From an uncultured bacterium (lineage in GTDB: Bacteria; Verrucomicrobiota; Verrucomicrobiia; Verrucomicrobiales; DEV007): a stretch of 64,000 nt of DNA. The stretch covers positions 64,001 to 128,000 of the forward strand of contig CAXBMO010000015.1 of NCBI GenBank assembly GCA_963977015.1, given 5' to 3'. Within the stretch, counting starts at the first letter, position 1. Every line of letters starts with the position of its first letter. The notes below the pieces were generated by a model, which saw only the letters and a program-made list of their open reading frames with translations, was not told where the DNA came from and did not search any database. A program made the position numbers and the translations under genes. Positions 50,082 through 59,409 of the stretch are shown in pieces.

Positions 50082-50166
50082 AGCAGCGCACCTCTAAAAG
50101 GGTTTTTGATCGGCGTCCAGCTTTTTGACTCGCGTGAGGAGCGATGATCAGCAATCACTTACCGTC

Positions 50167-50628
50167 ATGGCCCGAATTCTCTCCATCGATCACGGTGACG
50201 CACGCGTTGGTTTGGCGTTGAGCGATGAGCTGGAGATGTTGGCTCACCCGTTCGAGACCGTTCACGTCGCGAAAACCGATCCCATTGAGCGGATCGTCGA
50301 GGTAATTCGGGAGCATCACATTTCGACCGTGGTTTTGGGAATGCCGTTCCGGATGGATGGTAGTGAAGGGACGGCCGTCGAAAAAGTGCGGGCTTTTGCC
50401 GCGGACCTGGGCTCGAAAGTGGAGGGAGTGGAATTTGTCGAAGTCGATGAGCGGCTCACCACCGTCACGGCTCAATCGCAACTTCACGCCTCCGGCAAGA
50501 AAACGCGGGACACCCGAAACATCATCGACCAAGCGGCGGCAACCGTGATTCTCCAGGATTACCTGGATTCGAAGCAAGGGATGGCAGAACTGCCTCCCGA
50601 TGAGGATTGGGACGATTTCGAAGATTAA
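50167..50628 (+). CDS. ruvX: Holliday junction resolvase RuvX / YqgF
   Basis: ILSIDHG..RVGLALSD, VLGMP..MDG, VDERLTT, IDQ.AA..IL. Confidence 0.93.
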   Translation: MARILSIDHGDARVGLALSDELEMLAHPFETVHVAKTDPIERIVEVIREHHISTVVLGMPFRMDGSEGTAVEKVRAFAADLGSKVEGVEFVEVDERLTTVTAQSQLHASGKKTRDTRNIIDQAAATVILQDYLDSKQGMAELPPDEDWDDFED

Positions 50629-50727
50629 GGCCCCAGACTCATATATAATTATCACAATTTAGATAATAATTAAATTTGCGGGAATTGTCGCGTCATCGTA
50701 GCTTTCTGAAACTCTGCGCCAAATCTT

Positions 50728-51327
50728 ATGGAAGCTTCCAATTCCCAACCTTTCTCCAAAGACAACGATCTCACCGAACTCCAGAGAATCCGCCAAGCTC
50801 TCTTTGGCGAGGATCTCTGCCGGATAAATCTCCGCCTCAAAAAAATGGAGGAGCAACTTGAGACTTCGATCAACGGGTTTTCAGAATACATTGGTCACTT
50901 GGAGCGCAAGCTGACGACGCGGCTCGAAGAGTTGGAACGCTCCATGGAGACCGAGTTCCAGACCCGTGATGAGCAAGTCAGAGGCCTTCAAGTTTCGATC
51001 GCCGGAATGCAGAAACTCTACGGAACCTCTCTCGAACAGGTGAAGATTGACCTGGTCGATACGCAAACCGAGCTTCGTGGCGAAATCAAAGGAGCTGAAA
51101 CCGCGTTGGCCAAACAGATTCAGGAAACCAGCGACTCCTTCCAATTAGTGGTTGAAGGTCAACACACGAAATTCACCCAGGGCCAGGAGGATCTGGGCGA
51201 ACTCCTCGTCACCTTGGGCGCCAAATTCAAAACCGTGCCCACGGCGGACCCCGAAGAGCCGATCTTCAAAAAGACCAATGGTCACAACGCTTCCGACAAC
51301 GATTTCGCAAACTACGTGAACAACTGA
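50728..51327 (+). CDS. Coiled-coil hypothetical protein
   Basis: Heptad-rich ORF with IRQALFG motif; AT-rich promoter-like region upstream. Confidence 0.7.
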   Translation: MEASNSQPFSKDNDLTELQRIRQALFGEDLCRINLRLKKMEEQLETSINGFSEYIGHLERKLTTRLEELERSMETEFQTRDEQVRGLQVSIAGMQKLYGTSLEQVKIDLVDTQTELRGEIKGAETALAKQIQETSDSFQLVVEGQHTKFTQGQEDLGELLVTLGAKFKTVPTADPEEPIFKKTNGHNASDNDFANYVNN

Positions 51328-51404
51328 GCTGTGTTGGTTCGAAACTGAGCCACGAAGCTTGTCTTCTTCGGTTGGCAAATGCCGCCTGATGGATAGTTTG
51401 CCGC

Positions 51405-52679
51405 ATGTTAGATATTCGCATTGTCCGGGACGACCCGGAAATGGTCAAAAAGCGCGTCGCGACCCGTGGTGGGGATGCACACGCTTTGGTCGATGAAGTG
51501 TTGGCGTGTGACGAAACGCGCCGGTCCGCCGAAACCGAAAAGCAGAAGCTGCAAAGCGAGCGCAAGAGCGAGTCCAAAATGATTGGTCAGCTCAAGGGCA
51601 AGGGCGAAGACACTTCCGAAGTCGAAGCAAAGGTCCGGGCGATTGGCGATCGGATCAAAGAAATCGGGGAAACCGCCGACGCGGCGGACGAGCGCCAACG
51701 CGAGCTTCTTCTCCAGATACCCAATTTGCCACACGAAGCGTGCCCGGTCGGGCTCGACGAAACCGCGAATCCAGAAGTCCGGGTTTGGGGGGAGAAACCC
51801 GTGTTTGACGGTTTTGAGCCGAAAGATCACCTGGAACTGGGCAACGCGCTCGGAATGCTCGATTTCGAGGCCGGAACCAAGATCAGCACCGGTGGATTTT
51901 CGGTCTTCCGCGGCCCCGGCGCCCGGTTGGAACGCAGCTTGATCAATTTCATGCTCAACCTCCACACCGGCGAGCACGGCTACACCGAAATCAGCCCGCC
52001 GTTCATCATCAATCGCGATTGCATGTTCGGCACCGGCCAGCTTCCCAAATTTGAGGACGACATGTATGGAATCGAGGACAACAAGTTTTTCCTCGCGCCA
52101 ACGGCCGAAGTTCCCGTCACCAACTTATGGCGAGACATGATCGTGAAGCAGGAAGAACTCCCGATCAAAGCGACTGCCTACACCCCGTGTTTCCGCCGCG
52201 AAGCCGGAGCTGCCGGTCGCGAAAATCGCGGCCTCATCCGCATGCACCAATTTGACAAGGTGGAGCTGGTCCGGATCGTCGACCCGGCAGAATCCACCGC
52301 CGCCTTGGAGGAACTGACCGCTGAAGCGGAGAAAGTGCTTCAGCTGCTGGGTCTCCACTATCGCGTGATCGAGCTTTGCACTGGCGATCTCGGCTTCAGC
52401 TCCGCCAAGACCTACGACATTGAAGTCTGGGCACCGGGCCAAAACGCCTATCTGGAAGTCTCCAGCTGCAGCAACTTTGTCGACTACCAGGCCCGCCGCA
52501 TGAATCTCCGCTACAAGGACGAGAACGGGAAAAACCGCGTCTGCCATACCCTGAACGGTTCAGGAACCGCCTTGCCCCGGATCTACGTCGCCCTGATGGA
52601 AACCTATCAACAGGCGGATGGATCGATTGAGATCCCGGAAGCGTTGCGGGGAATTTTTGGGTCGGATCGGATTTCGTGA
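51405..52679 (+). CDS. serS: Serine--tRNA ligase
   Basis: [51 protein letters not shown]. Confidence 0.98.
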   Translation: MLDIRIVRDDPEMVKKRVATRGGDAHALVDEVLACDETRRSAETEKQKLQSERKSESKMIGQLKGKGEDTSEVEAKVRAIGDRIKEIGETADAADERQRELLLQIPNLPHEACPVGLDETANPEVRVWGEKPVFDGFEPKDHLELGNALGMLDFEAGTKISTGGFSVFRGPGARLERSLINFMLNLHTGEHGYTEISPPFIINRDCMFGTGQLPKFEDDMYGIEDNKFFLAPTAEVPVTNLWRDMIVKQEELPIKATAYTPCFRREAGAAGRENRGLIRMHQFDKVELVRIVDPAESTAALEELTAEAEKVLQLLGLHYRVIELCTGDLGFSSAKTYDIEVWAPGQNAYLEVSSCSNFVDYQARRMNLRYKDENGKNRVCHTLNGSGTALPRIYVALMETYQQADGSIEIPEALRGIFGSDRIS

Positions 52680-52865
52680 CGCCTGAAAAATTGGTAAAAT
52701 CGGTGATAGTCTACTCCTGTGAAATCCAACGCTGACGAGTTGACCCACTCAGTCGTCAATCTCGAAGAGACGATTTTGGGATCGAAAAGAACGATTTGAC
52801 CTTTCGCTCCAGACGACCGGGGACTTCATGAACCGCGGATGTCGAAAATGCGTTTCTGAGGCTTT

Positions 52866-52895
52866 ATCTGCGCCCATCTGCGAAATCTGCGGTTC
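52866..52895. repeat. 30-bp element, left boundary of defence island
   Basis: ATCTGCGCCCATCTGCGAAATCTGCGGTTC; 26/30 inverted match to 60213-60242. Confidence 0.7.
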
Positions 52896-53065
52896 CAATA
52901 GATGCATCCGTTGCACCCTCCCGCGTTGAGATAATCAACTTGGGCAATTTGCCGTAAAACCGCGTTTCAGGACATAAAGACGGCTTTTCTGTCGCGTATT
53001 TACCGTTTTCGCGACAGTTCCGCTCAAATCTGTCTGTCGGATCATCGTCCGGTCTTCGTCAAAAG

Positions 53066-53318
53066 TCACCCTGCCTGATACTTCTTAAAGTTCTCCGCTT
53101 GCTCGAAGATCTCCTTGTAAACTTCATCGCGATCGACTGATCTCCTGCAGCTTGCTGTTGTCCAGGATCACCTTGGCGGCCCGACCTTCGTAAACGATGG
53201 GCACTTTGATCTCGTCGGCCACCGATTCGGTCATCGTGTAGCTGTCCACAACCTCGCCGAAAACATCCAAGGTCGCATCGATGGGCGTGCAGGTGAAGCC
53301 CACATAGGTCGTGTTCGG
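53066..53318 (-). pseudogene. hsdR: Type I R-M HsdR remnants (internal and C-terminal fragments)
   Basis: PNTTYVGFTCTPID...YTMTESVADE...IVYEGRAAKV (53318-53139) joined out of frame to VDRDEVYKEIFEQAENFKKYQAG* (53137-53066). Confidence 0.8.
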
Positions 53319-53396
53319 CTCGATCGATCCTTCCCGCCCAAAATGCGGCAAAGCCGCACAGCAAATTCAAAACTCCGCTCTACTATGTTTAATTCA

Positions 53397-54308
53397 TCAC
53401 TCATCATTCGAATCTTCAGGTTCGCCTGCCTGCCAGTTTCCCGATGGCGTCCACTGATGGTTGCTGACTTCCTTCCTGATCACAGGAAGGAGAAACCGGG
53501 AAAGATCGTTGACCACTTCATCCAATGGCCGGGGAGCGAGCCTTCCTTTGCGCAGGAAGGCATTCCATTGAACTAGTTTCTGATCGTCATTGTAAAACTC
53601 CCCGGTGAACACGATGGGAGTTTGTTTCGGAATCCCGGTTCCGCGTCTTGCGAATGTATTGACGACGGCTTCTGTCAGGACCGCTCCATCGAAGTTCAGG
53701 TGGGATTGCAGCCAGTGAAGGTCGAAGAAATCCTTCATGCGGCTGTTGTCGATCCCAAGAGAAACTGCTGCTTCCAATTTCTCGGCGATCACGGTATCAG
53801 GAGGATAGACGAGAAGACTGGCACTGGGAAAATCGAGTAGTTCGTGCCATTCCTTTTCCACCGCTTTGGGAGTAATGGCGTCGCCGAATCCAACATCGAT
53901 CTGAATGTGGAGGCGAGCTCCCGCTAGTTGAGCGTCCACTTTAGCCCGAATCCCTCCGTATTCCACATCATCACGAATGGATGCCACGGCCACTTTTCCC
54001 CACTCAAGACCATCGACGGGATCAATGTCCATCTGAGTCAGCTTGGTGAATATGCTTTGAATGGCTTCTTCCGTGGCTTCCCCGTATCCGAGGAGGTCCA
54101 GATCGCGGGTCGGCCGATGTTTCTCCGCCTCCCAAATTCGGAACAGTTGAGCCCCTTTCAGCACAAAGCGCTCCCGATACTGGCTCTCGGAAAGTCGATA
54201 GAGGAATCGCCCGGTGGCATACTGCTCCATCAAGGCATTGAGCGGCACACCCTCAGCACGTGAAAGGTTGAGGAGCTTGGCGCGAACGGAAGCAGCTACG
54301 TTCTTCAG
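53397..54308 (-). CDS. AbiEii nucleotidyltransferase toxin (type IV TA)
   Basis: KNVAASVRAKL, RFLYRL, FVLKGA, RPTRDLD, DVGFGD, IAEKLEA...NSRMKDFFD; start uncertain (CTG 54308). Confidence 0.92.
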   Translation of the reverse strand: MKNVAASVRAKLLNLSRAEGVPLNALMEQYATGRFLYRLSESQYRERFVLKGAQLFRIWEAEKHRPTRDLDLLGYGEATEEAIQSIFTKLTQMDIDPVDGLEWGKVAVASIRDDVEYGGIRAKVDAQLAGARLHIQIDVGFGDAITPKAVEKEWHELLDFPSASLLVYPPDTVIAEKLEAAVSLGIDNSRMKDFFDLHWLQSHLNFDGAVLTEAVVNTFARRGTGIPKQTPIVFTGEFYNDDQKLVQWNAFLRKGRLAPRPLDEVVNDLSRFLLPVIRKEVSNHQWTPSGNWQAGEPEDSNDE

Positions 54309-54910
54309 ATCATCGCCTCCAGATAAGGTTTTATCACGTTGCCGACTCGGAGAAGCCGGGCCATTTCGCTCATTTCGCCGATCGTCGCCTTTCGGGCGTT
54401 CAGCGTTTCCCTCAGTGCCTCCACGCAGACGTCGATTCCCAGCTTGTTGCGGTGCTTGAAACAATCCGCCACCGTCCGTGCCGGCGTCGTGATGGCGACT
54501 TCAGTCCCGCCAAGGTGGTGATGCTCCACCCCCTCAGTCTGAAGTGCTTTCACCCGTGTCCTAATGACCCGGATCGTGGGCCAGTCGATCTTGGGAACCC
54601 GGGTCTGTGCGGGGAGCTGAATCCAAACCTCATAAGCTTGCTGGGTGCCGATCTCGTGAAATCTCAGGGCGCTGATCAGGACGATCACAGCGCGGGAGGC
54701 ACTCTTGCGGACCTGGATCAGGTCATGAAACTCGCTGGTCGGAGAGTCCGCATGCTGATAGATTCCACGCCGCACACGCACCAGCGTTCCCTGGTCGACG
54801 AGCCGGGTGATGCTCTGGTCAGAAATGCCAGCGTCCAGAAGCTGCGCCGTCGTCAGCACCTCGTGATCTGAGACGAGAGATGAGAGCTTCTTCTGGAGAA
54901 TAGACGACAT
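54305..54910 (-). CDS. AbiEi antitoxin (type IV TA)
   Basis: wHTH RLV..G.LVRVRRGIY, SAL.FH, T.PARTVADCFK.RNK.G, V..VIKPYLE. Confidence 0.92.
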   Translation of the reverse strand: MSSILQKKLSSLVSDHEVLTTAQLLDAGISDQSITRLVDQGTLVRVRRGIYQHADSPTSEFHDLIQVRKSASRAVIVLISALRFHEIGTQQAYEVWIQLPAQTRVPKIDWPTIRVIRTRVKALQTEGVEHHHLGGTEVAITTPARTVADCFKHRNKLGIDVCVEALRETLNARKATIGEMSEMARLLRVGNVIKPYLEAMI

Positions 54911-54921
54911 GGGTTTGTCGG

Positions 54922-54961
54922 TAAATGTCACACATTATAGATTAAGTGTAACATTTAGCAA
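54922..54961 (-). promoter_or_regulatory. Sigma70-like promoter with overlapping inverted-repeat operator for the AbiE operon
   Basis: Minus strand TTGCTA (54961-54956), 16-nt spacer, TATAAT (54939-54934); inverted repeat TAAATGTCACAC / GTGTAACATTTA. Confidence 0.7.
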
Positions 54962-54990
54962 TGATGAAATTGGCGTTCGGCCGACGCGTT

Positions 54991-56163
54991 TCACGGCAGT
55001 TGATCCGTGGTAACCGATTCGAAAGAATGCGCTTTCAGGTGCTGGCCTACCTCGATAATCGGCCCTTTGAACGAGGCCTCCAGCTTTGGAACATAGTTTT
55101 TGAACCAATTGATCATATCCTCCCAATTCTGTTCATCATAACCGTCGAAGGGCTTCGTGAAACAAATCCGACAGGCTTTTTTCCCCGGTAACAGTTGCCA
55201 ATCCAGAGGCTCTCCGAAAGCACGCTCGATTTCGTCTTTCTTTTCCAGGAGCCGCTTAAAGGCAAACGTGTTCTCATCCGCGTTGCTTCGGGAAAAATAG
55301 AGTTCTACCCGCACCTCCTTTTTGCCGAAAATCAAATTGTAGGCCACACCTGACAAACCCGAGCCCGCACCAATCCAGTGATCCTTTCCCGGATTGATGT
55401 TATTGAAAAGGGAACAAGGGTTGCCTTTAAACGCTGTGAGCAACTGCTCCCAGAAAGCAAGCCGCAGGCGAAAACGCTTTTTCACCTCTTTGCTCACCGC
55501 CTTTTCCTCCGCCTCCTTGGCAGCCATCCCGATCATGAACTCAGTGGACTCCGGGGTTGGGATGATCTGTTCGACATTCAAAAAAAGTTCAGTGCCGGCA
55601 AGATAAGGCGTCAGCTTGAAACATTGGCAGGAAATCCCGTGACCAATCAACCAGAGCGCGGTGTTCGTCACCTCCTTGCGGAATCGTGCCGCGACAAACA
55701 TCACCCGCTGGGTTTGACTCTTATTCAAGGTGACCTCATCGAAGTCTGCCGCTTCAAGAAATTCGACAATGCTCTCTCGGGCATCCAGCGGATCATCCGG
55801 TGACGGTTTCGCCGCTTTGTTCAGAAACTCCTGATAAATTTCGACCACCTGACCCTTGCTTAAATTTGAGCAATACCCCGCATATTTCAACGCTTGCCAA
55901 ACCACATCCCGACCGCTGTCATCCAGCTTATTCTCGATTATCACCAGATTGCCGTCTTTATCCAGCGCTAAAAGATCGAGTCGCTCCTTGGTATCATCAA
56001 AGCCATCAAACTCTTTCTGAATAATTAAGAGTTCCTCGCCGAGCGCATCGGGTGCATGTGCCAGCCACTCTTGGAGGTGATGCCTTTCCGTGAACCCCAA
56101 GTCACTGAAACTCCTCTCGGCCAAGGGTGCGATCCGGTTCGAATCTTTATCAATTTTATACAT
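54991..56163 (-). CDS. NucS-like PD-(D/E)XK nuclease with C-terminal DUF4268-like domain
   Basis: ERHHLQEW, RLDLLALD..GNLVIIENK, QALKY; C-terminal FW...WI...K.EIE..FG..L.W. Confidence 0.8.
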   Translation of the reverse strand: MYKIDKDSNRIAPLAERSFSDLGFTERHHLQEWLAHAPDALGEELLIIQKEFDGFDDTKERLDLLALDKDGNLVIIENKLDDSGRDVVWQALKYAGYCSNLSKGQVVEIYQEFLNKAAKPSPDDPLDARESIVEFLEAADFDEVTLNKSQTQRVMFVAARFRKEVTNTALWLIGHGISCQCFKLTPYLAGTELFLNVEQIIPTPESTEFMIGMAAKEAEEKAVSKEVKKRFRLRLAFWEQLLTAFKGNPCSLFNNINPGKDHWIGAGSGLSGVAYNLIFGKKEVRVELYFSRSNADENTFAFKRLLEKKDEIERAFGEPLDWQLLPGKKACRICFTKPFDGYDEQNWEDMINWFKNYVPKLEASFKGPIIEVGQHLKAHSFESVTTDQLP

Positions 56164-56178
56164 TCAATGTTTCCTTGG

Positions 56179-56367
56179 TTAGGGTTTCGGCTTCGGGAGG
56201 AGGGTGTCGTCGTTGGCATACTGCTCGGCCAGAAAGGCGTGTAGGTCGGACTTGATGAGGACTACCTGCGGCTGGCCCTCAATCGCCTCGCCCAACATGT
56301 GCGGGTAGCCCTCGGCGTCGAGAAGCTCGATGATGGCGGATTCGAGTTGGGCTTCGGTGAATTTCAT
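56179..56367 (-). pseudogene. hsdR: Type I R-M HsdR N-terminal stub
   Basis: MKFTEAQLESAIIELL...GY...VLIK.DL..FL...Y resembles an HsdR N-terminus; ends after 62 aa. Confidence 0.75.
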
Positions 56368-58707
56368 CTATGCCGAGTAACGATTGACCAATTCCAATAC
56401 CCGTGAACGTTGCACTTTCATGACAGACCCCTTAAAGACGATTTCGTTTTCGTCGATGCTCTCAACGTGTGGGGCGATTTCATCCATCTCGTCCAACGTG
56501 AACCCGTATCGCAGCAAAAAAATCTCGTTCTCGTCAGCGGTGCCGTATCTCATGTAGTTTGCGAACCGTGCCGCTCTGGGGTCACCTTCCTTTTCATAGA
56601 ACAGGGTGAAAGCGGCGACATACACATCGGTTAGGGAAAATGAGATTACCTTGTCGAGGTAATCGTAGGTGTCATAAACAAGCCGATCGTACTCCAGGTC
56701 TTCCACGCCTATGCCTTTGAACTCGTTGTAGGAATGCGTGAGTTTCTTGTTTGGCAATGTGTGAGGCGGCATGGAGAAGCCCACTTTCATTTCAGATAAT
56801 CGAGAGGAATATTCCTCGTCATCGATCTCTCCTTCTTCAAGTTGCTGCGCAAGCTTCTGGCGCTCTGAGAGTTTCGTGATGTAATTGTATCGAATCGCCA
56901 AAATTTCCTTGAAGCTGCGCCCCTGAACTCTCATTAGGAGGATTGTAATCCCTGCCGACAGAACCCCTTTTTCCCCTGCCTCCAATGGACGATTTATAGA
57001 GTGTGCAAAAATTAGATGGAATGCGTCCTTCAATTTTTTTCGAATTGGCACCTCCAGCTTGCTGTACTCTCCGGAAGTCAAAATATCGTCTTCAGGTAAC
57101 AGGATGCTCAATACGGTTCTAACCGCATCCATCACCGCCTCCCCATTCAAGCGCTCGACTTGGGATTCCGGGAGGTTTAGGTCTTCATTGATGTTTTCTT
57201 TCTTTACAGCCTCTATGAATTCTCGCCAGTCCTCTGGGATTGCGGCCTGATCTCGATCAAGAACTGATTGAGCTGTAATCAGGCTTTTCTCTTGGAATCT
57301 CTCCGTGAAGGACCGTGCATTCTTCACGATCACGAACCCGTAATCGAACTCATTGGTGTTTTGGCTAGTTCGTCCCGCTCGGCCAATGAGGTTCTTAAGT
57401 CCTAGCGCCTTATCTTCCTGAGAGCCATGAAACGCAAAATTGTGGACCCAAACAACCTTGAAAGGCATATTTACACCTTGAGCCAATGTCGACGTGGCAA
57501 AACAAATTCTCGCAAGCCCCAAACGGGTAAACCTCTCAATCAAAGCCCTAACGGTAAGAGGTATCGAACCGTGGTGAATGACGACGCCCTTCCGCATCTG
57601 AGATACTAGATCCGAATCACGGTCTTCTGCTCCTATTAAGTCCTCAATCTCGTCGATAATCTTGACGCCATCTTCATCAGTGACCTCATCGCACAGGTCC
57701 AAGTAATCCGAGAATTCCTCTTTGTACTTCCCTGAGATGATGGAGGCCTTGGATGTGAACACGAGCAGGCTCTCACCGTCCCCAATTGCAGCTGCGGCTT
57801 GATCGGTTTCATTTAGAAAACAATTCGCCAGCCTATGACCTCCATCGAGGTGCGGAGAAAAAAGATACTGATTTCCGTTGGTGTGGATCTGGATGAATAG
57901 CTTTCCTACGCTGCCCTGGCGGTAGTTCTCTGAGGTGGCATGATCGGTGAAATCGTGCTTACCCAGCTGAGCTGAAGGATTCTCTACAAATGGGTGAGCA
58001 AAGATCTTCTTCGCACCAGGGAAAAGGGAATCAGCCCTACGGACAAATGTGTCGAACCCAATGCCGCGAATCTCTTCTTCGGAAATTTGCGCTTCATCGA
58101 AGATGATCAATCCTACATCAGAGACGGTGTTGGACTTTGTTGCTTCCAGTGCCCGCTCAGGAGTCACCACAAAGACTCTCTTACGTGTTCGGTTGAGGTT
58201 GATGTAGTCAATAAATTGGAGAATCAGAACACTGGGGTCATTAGCAAAAATACTGTAAACTTCGGCTAGATATTCCGCGATCAATGCCCTTGAAGGGACG
58301 ACAATGATCACGTCGCTCGCTTCATCGCGCAATATCTCTCGAAGGAGGTAGGACTTGCCAGCGCTAGTAGGAGCGGAAAAGGAAAAGTAGCGGTTTTCTA
58401 GAATTTTCTGCCGGATGCTGGCCTGTACGGGTGTGAGGAAGTGACCCGTCTCATCTTTTATCTCATCCCTATACTGGCTATAGACGAACGAAATAAAGTC
58501 GTCGGGAGGCTCCGTTTTGTAAAATAGACCCAAAAGGTACATTAGCTTGGGCTCTACTTTCCGAAGCTCCTCCGGGTGGAAGATCTTGAAGCACGCAAGT
58601 TCATACAGGTCTTGTTGGTCCACGGGGCCGTCAGCATGGATTCGCGCGAGGATCTTAGAGATACCGGCCATTGGGTCTTGAGCCCCCTGTATTTCTTTTG
58701 GGCTCAT
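56368..58707 (-). CDS. Ski2-like SF2 helicase (Hachiman HamB-like)
   Basis: LTPVQ, SAPTSAGKS, VVPSRAL, TPER, DEAQ, HHG, ATSTLAQGVN, NLIGRAGR. Confidence 0.85.
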   Translation of the reverse strand: MSPKEIQGAQDPMAGISKILARIHADGPVDQQDLYELACFKIFHPEELRKVEPKLMYLLGLFYKTEPPDDFISFVYSQYRDEIKDETGHFLTPVQASIRQKILENRYFSFSAPTSAGKSYLLREILRDEASDVIIVVPSRALIAEYLAEVYSIFANDPSVLILQFIDYINLNRTRKRVFVVTPERALEATKSNTVSDVGLIIFDEAQISEEEIRGIGFDTFVRRADSLFPGAKKIFAHPFVENPSAQLGKHDFTDHATSENYRQGSVGKLFIQIHTNGNQYLFSPHLDGGHRLANCFLNETDQAAAAIGDGESLLVFTSKASIISGKYKEEFSDYLDLCDEVTDEDGVKIIDEIEDLIGAEDRDSDLVSQMRKGVVIHHGSIPLTVRALIERFTRLGLARICFATSTLAQGVNMPFKVVWVHNFAFHGSQEDKALGLKNLIGRAGRTSQNTNEFDYGFVIVKNARSFTERFQEKSLITAQSVLDRDQAAIPEDWREFIEAVKKENINEDLNLPESQVERLNGEAVMDAVRTVLSILLPEDDILTSGEYSKLEVPIRKKLKDAFHLIFAHSINRPLEAGEKGVLSAGITILLMRVQGRSFKEILAIRYNYITKLSERQKLAQQLEEGEIDDEEYSSRLSEMKVGFSMPPHTLPNKKLTHSYNEFKGIGVEDLEYDRLVYDTYDYLDKVISFSLTDVYVAAFTLFYEKEGDPRAARFANYMRYGTADENEIFLLRYGFTLDEMDEIAPHVESIDENEIVFKGSVMKVQRSRVLELVNRYSA

Positions 58708-59405
58708 GATCTAATTCCGATGATGTACAGAGCGATAGCATCTTCCGACAACCGGATTACGTCGGAATTGGCGAGGGCATTTACGAGGATTTGCTCGAGG
58801 TCAGCGCTATTGACTGAAAACGCTAGGCAAAATCCCCGTTCTCTATTGTCCACGAGTTTGTTAACGGCAACTTCGCTGGCGAAGTGGGGTAGATGCGGGA
58901 GATCAACGAGATCTTTCTCGTCGTCAATAAATTCACAAACCTGCCTCGCAGCAGATCCATAAGCGTTGGCATTGCTATTGAATTTTGCCTCTCCGCAATT
59001 TATTAAATTGCCTGTGCACTCTGTGTAGTAGTCAAAGCCGTGATTGCCAGTAAGCTTCTCCTTCCAAATCTCCGAAAGAGGCAAATTGGTGTGCCCTAAT
59101 TCGTCTACTAGCGTTTGAGCAGCGGAAAGGGAAACCATGAATTCTCCGAAATCTCTTGAAATCTGCCCGTTCGTTGAATTGAAGATCTCAACTAGGGCTG
59201 CAATTGTTCGAATGGCGGTCGCCTCGTAAGAGGCCTTTCCTAAAGGGTTCAGCTTTTGAATCCAGTTAGTGTCGCTTACGATTGAGACCATTTCTTCTGC
59301 GAACGCATTGACATCGTCAACATCGACACCCAAGAGGTGAATCTGGGCTTGCGCGTTGTCTGGCATCTCATCCGAGGTTGGCTGCCTGTTTACAATGACA
59401 TTCAT
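58704..59405 (-). CDS. PD-(D/E)XK nuclease-like protein (Hachiman HamA-like)
   Basis: DFGE ... WKEK..GNHGFD ... GEAK; ATGA-coupled to the helicase. Confidence 0.65.
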   Translation of the reverse strand: MNVIVNRQPTSDEMPDNAQAQIHLLGVDVDDVNAFAEEMVSIVSDTNWIQKLNPLGKASYEATAIRTIAALVEIFNSTNGQISRDFGEFMVSLSAAQTLVDELGHTNLPLSEIWKEKLTGNHGFDYYTECTGNLINCGEAKFNSNANAYGSAARQVCEFIDDEKDLVDLPHLPHFASEVAVNKLVDNRERGFCLAFSVNSADLEQILVNALANSDVIRLSEDAIALYIIGIRS

Positions 59406-59409
59406 TTGA

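Noticed and set aside
54962-54985. Minus-strand PNANFI peptide resembling the HsdR LPNA.FIGFTGTP motif
   Set aside because: Only six residues; cannot be distinguished from chance
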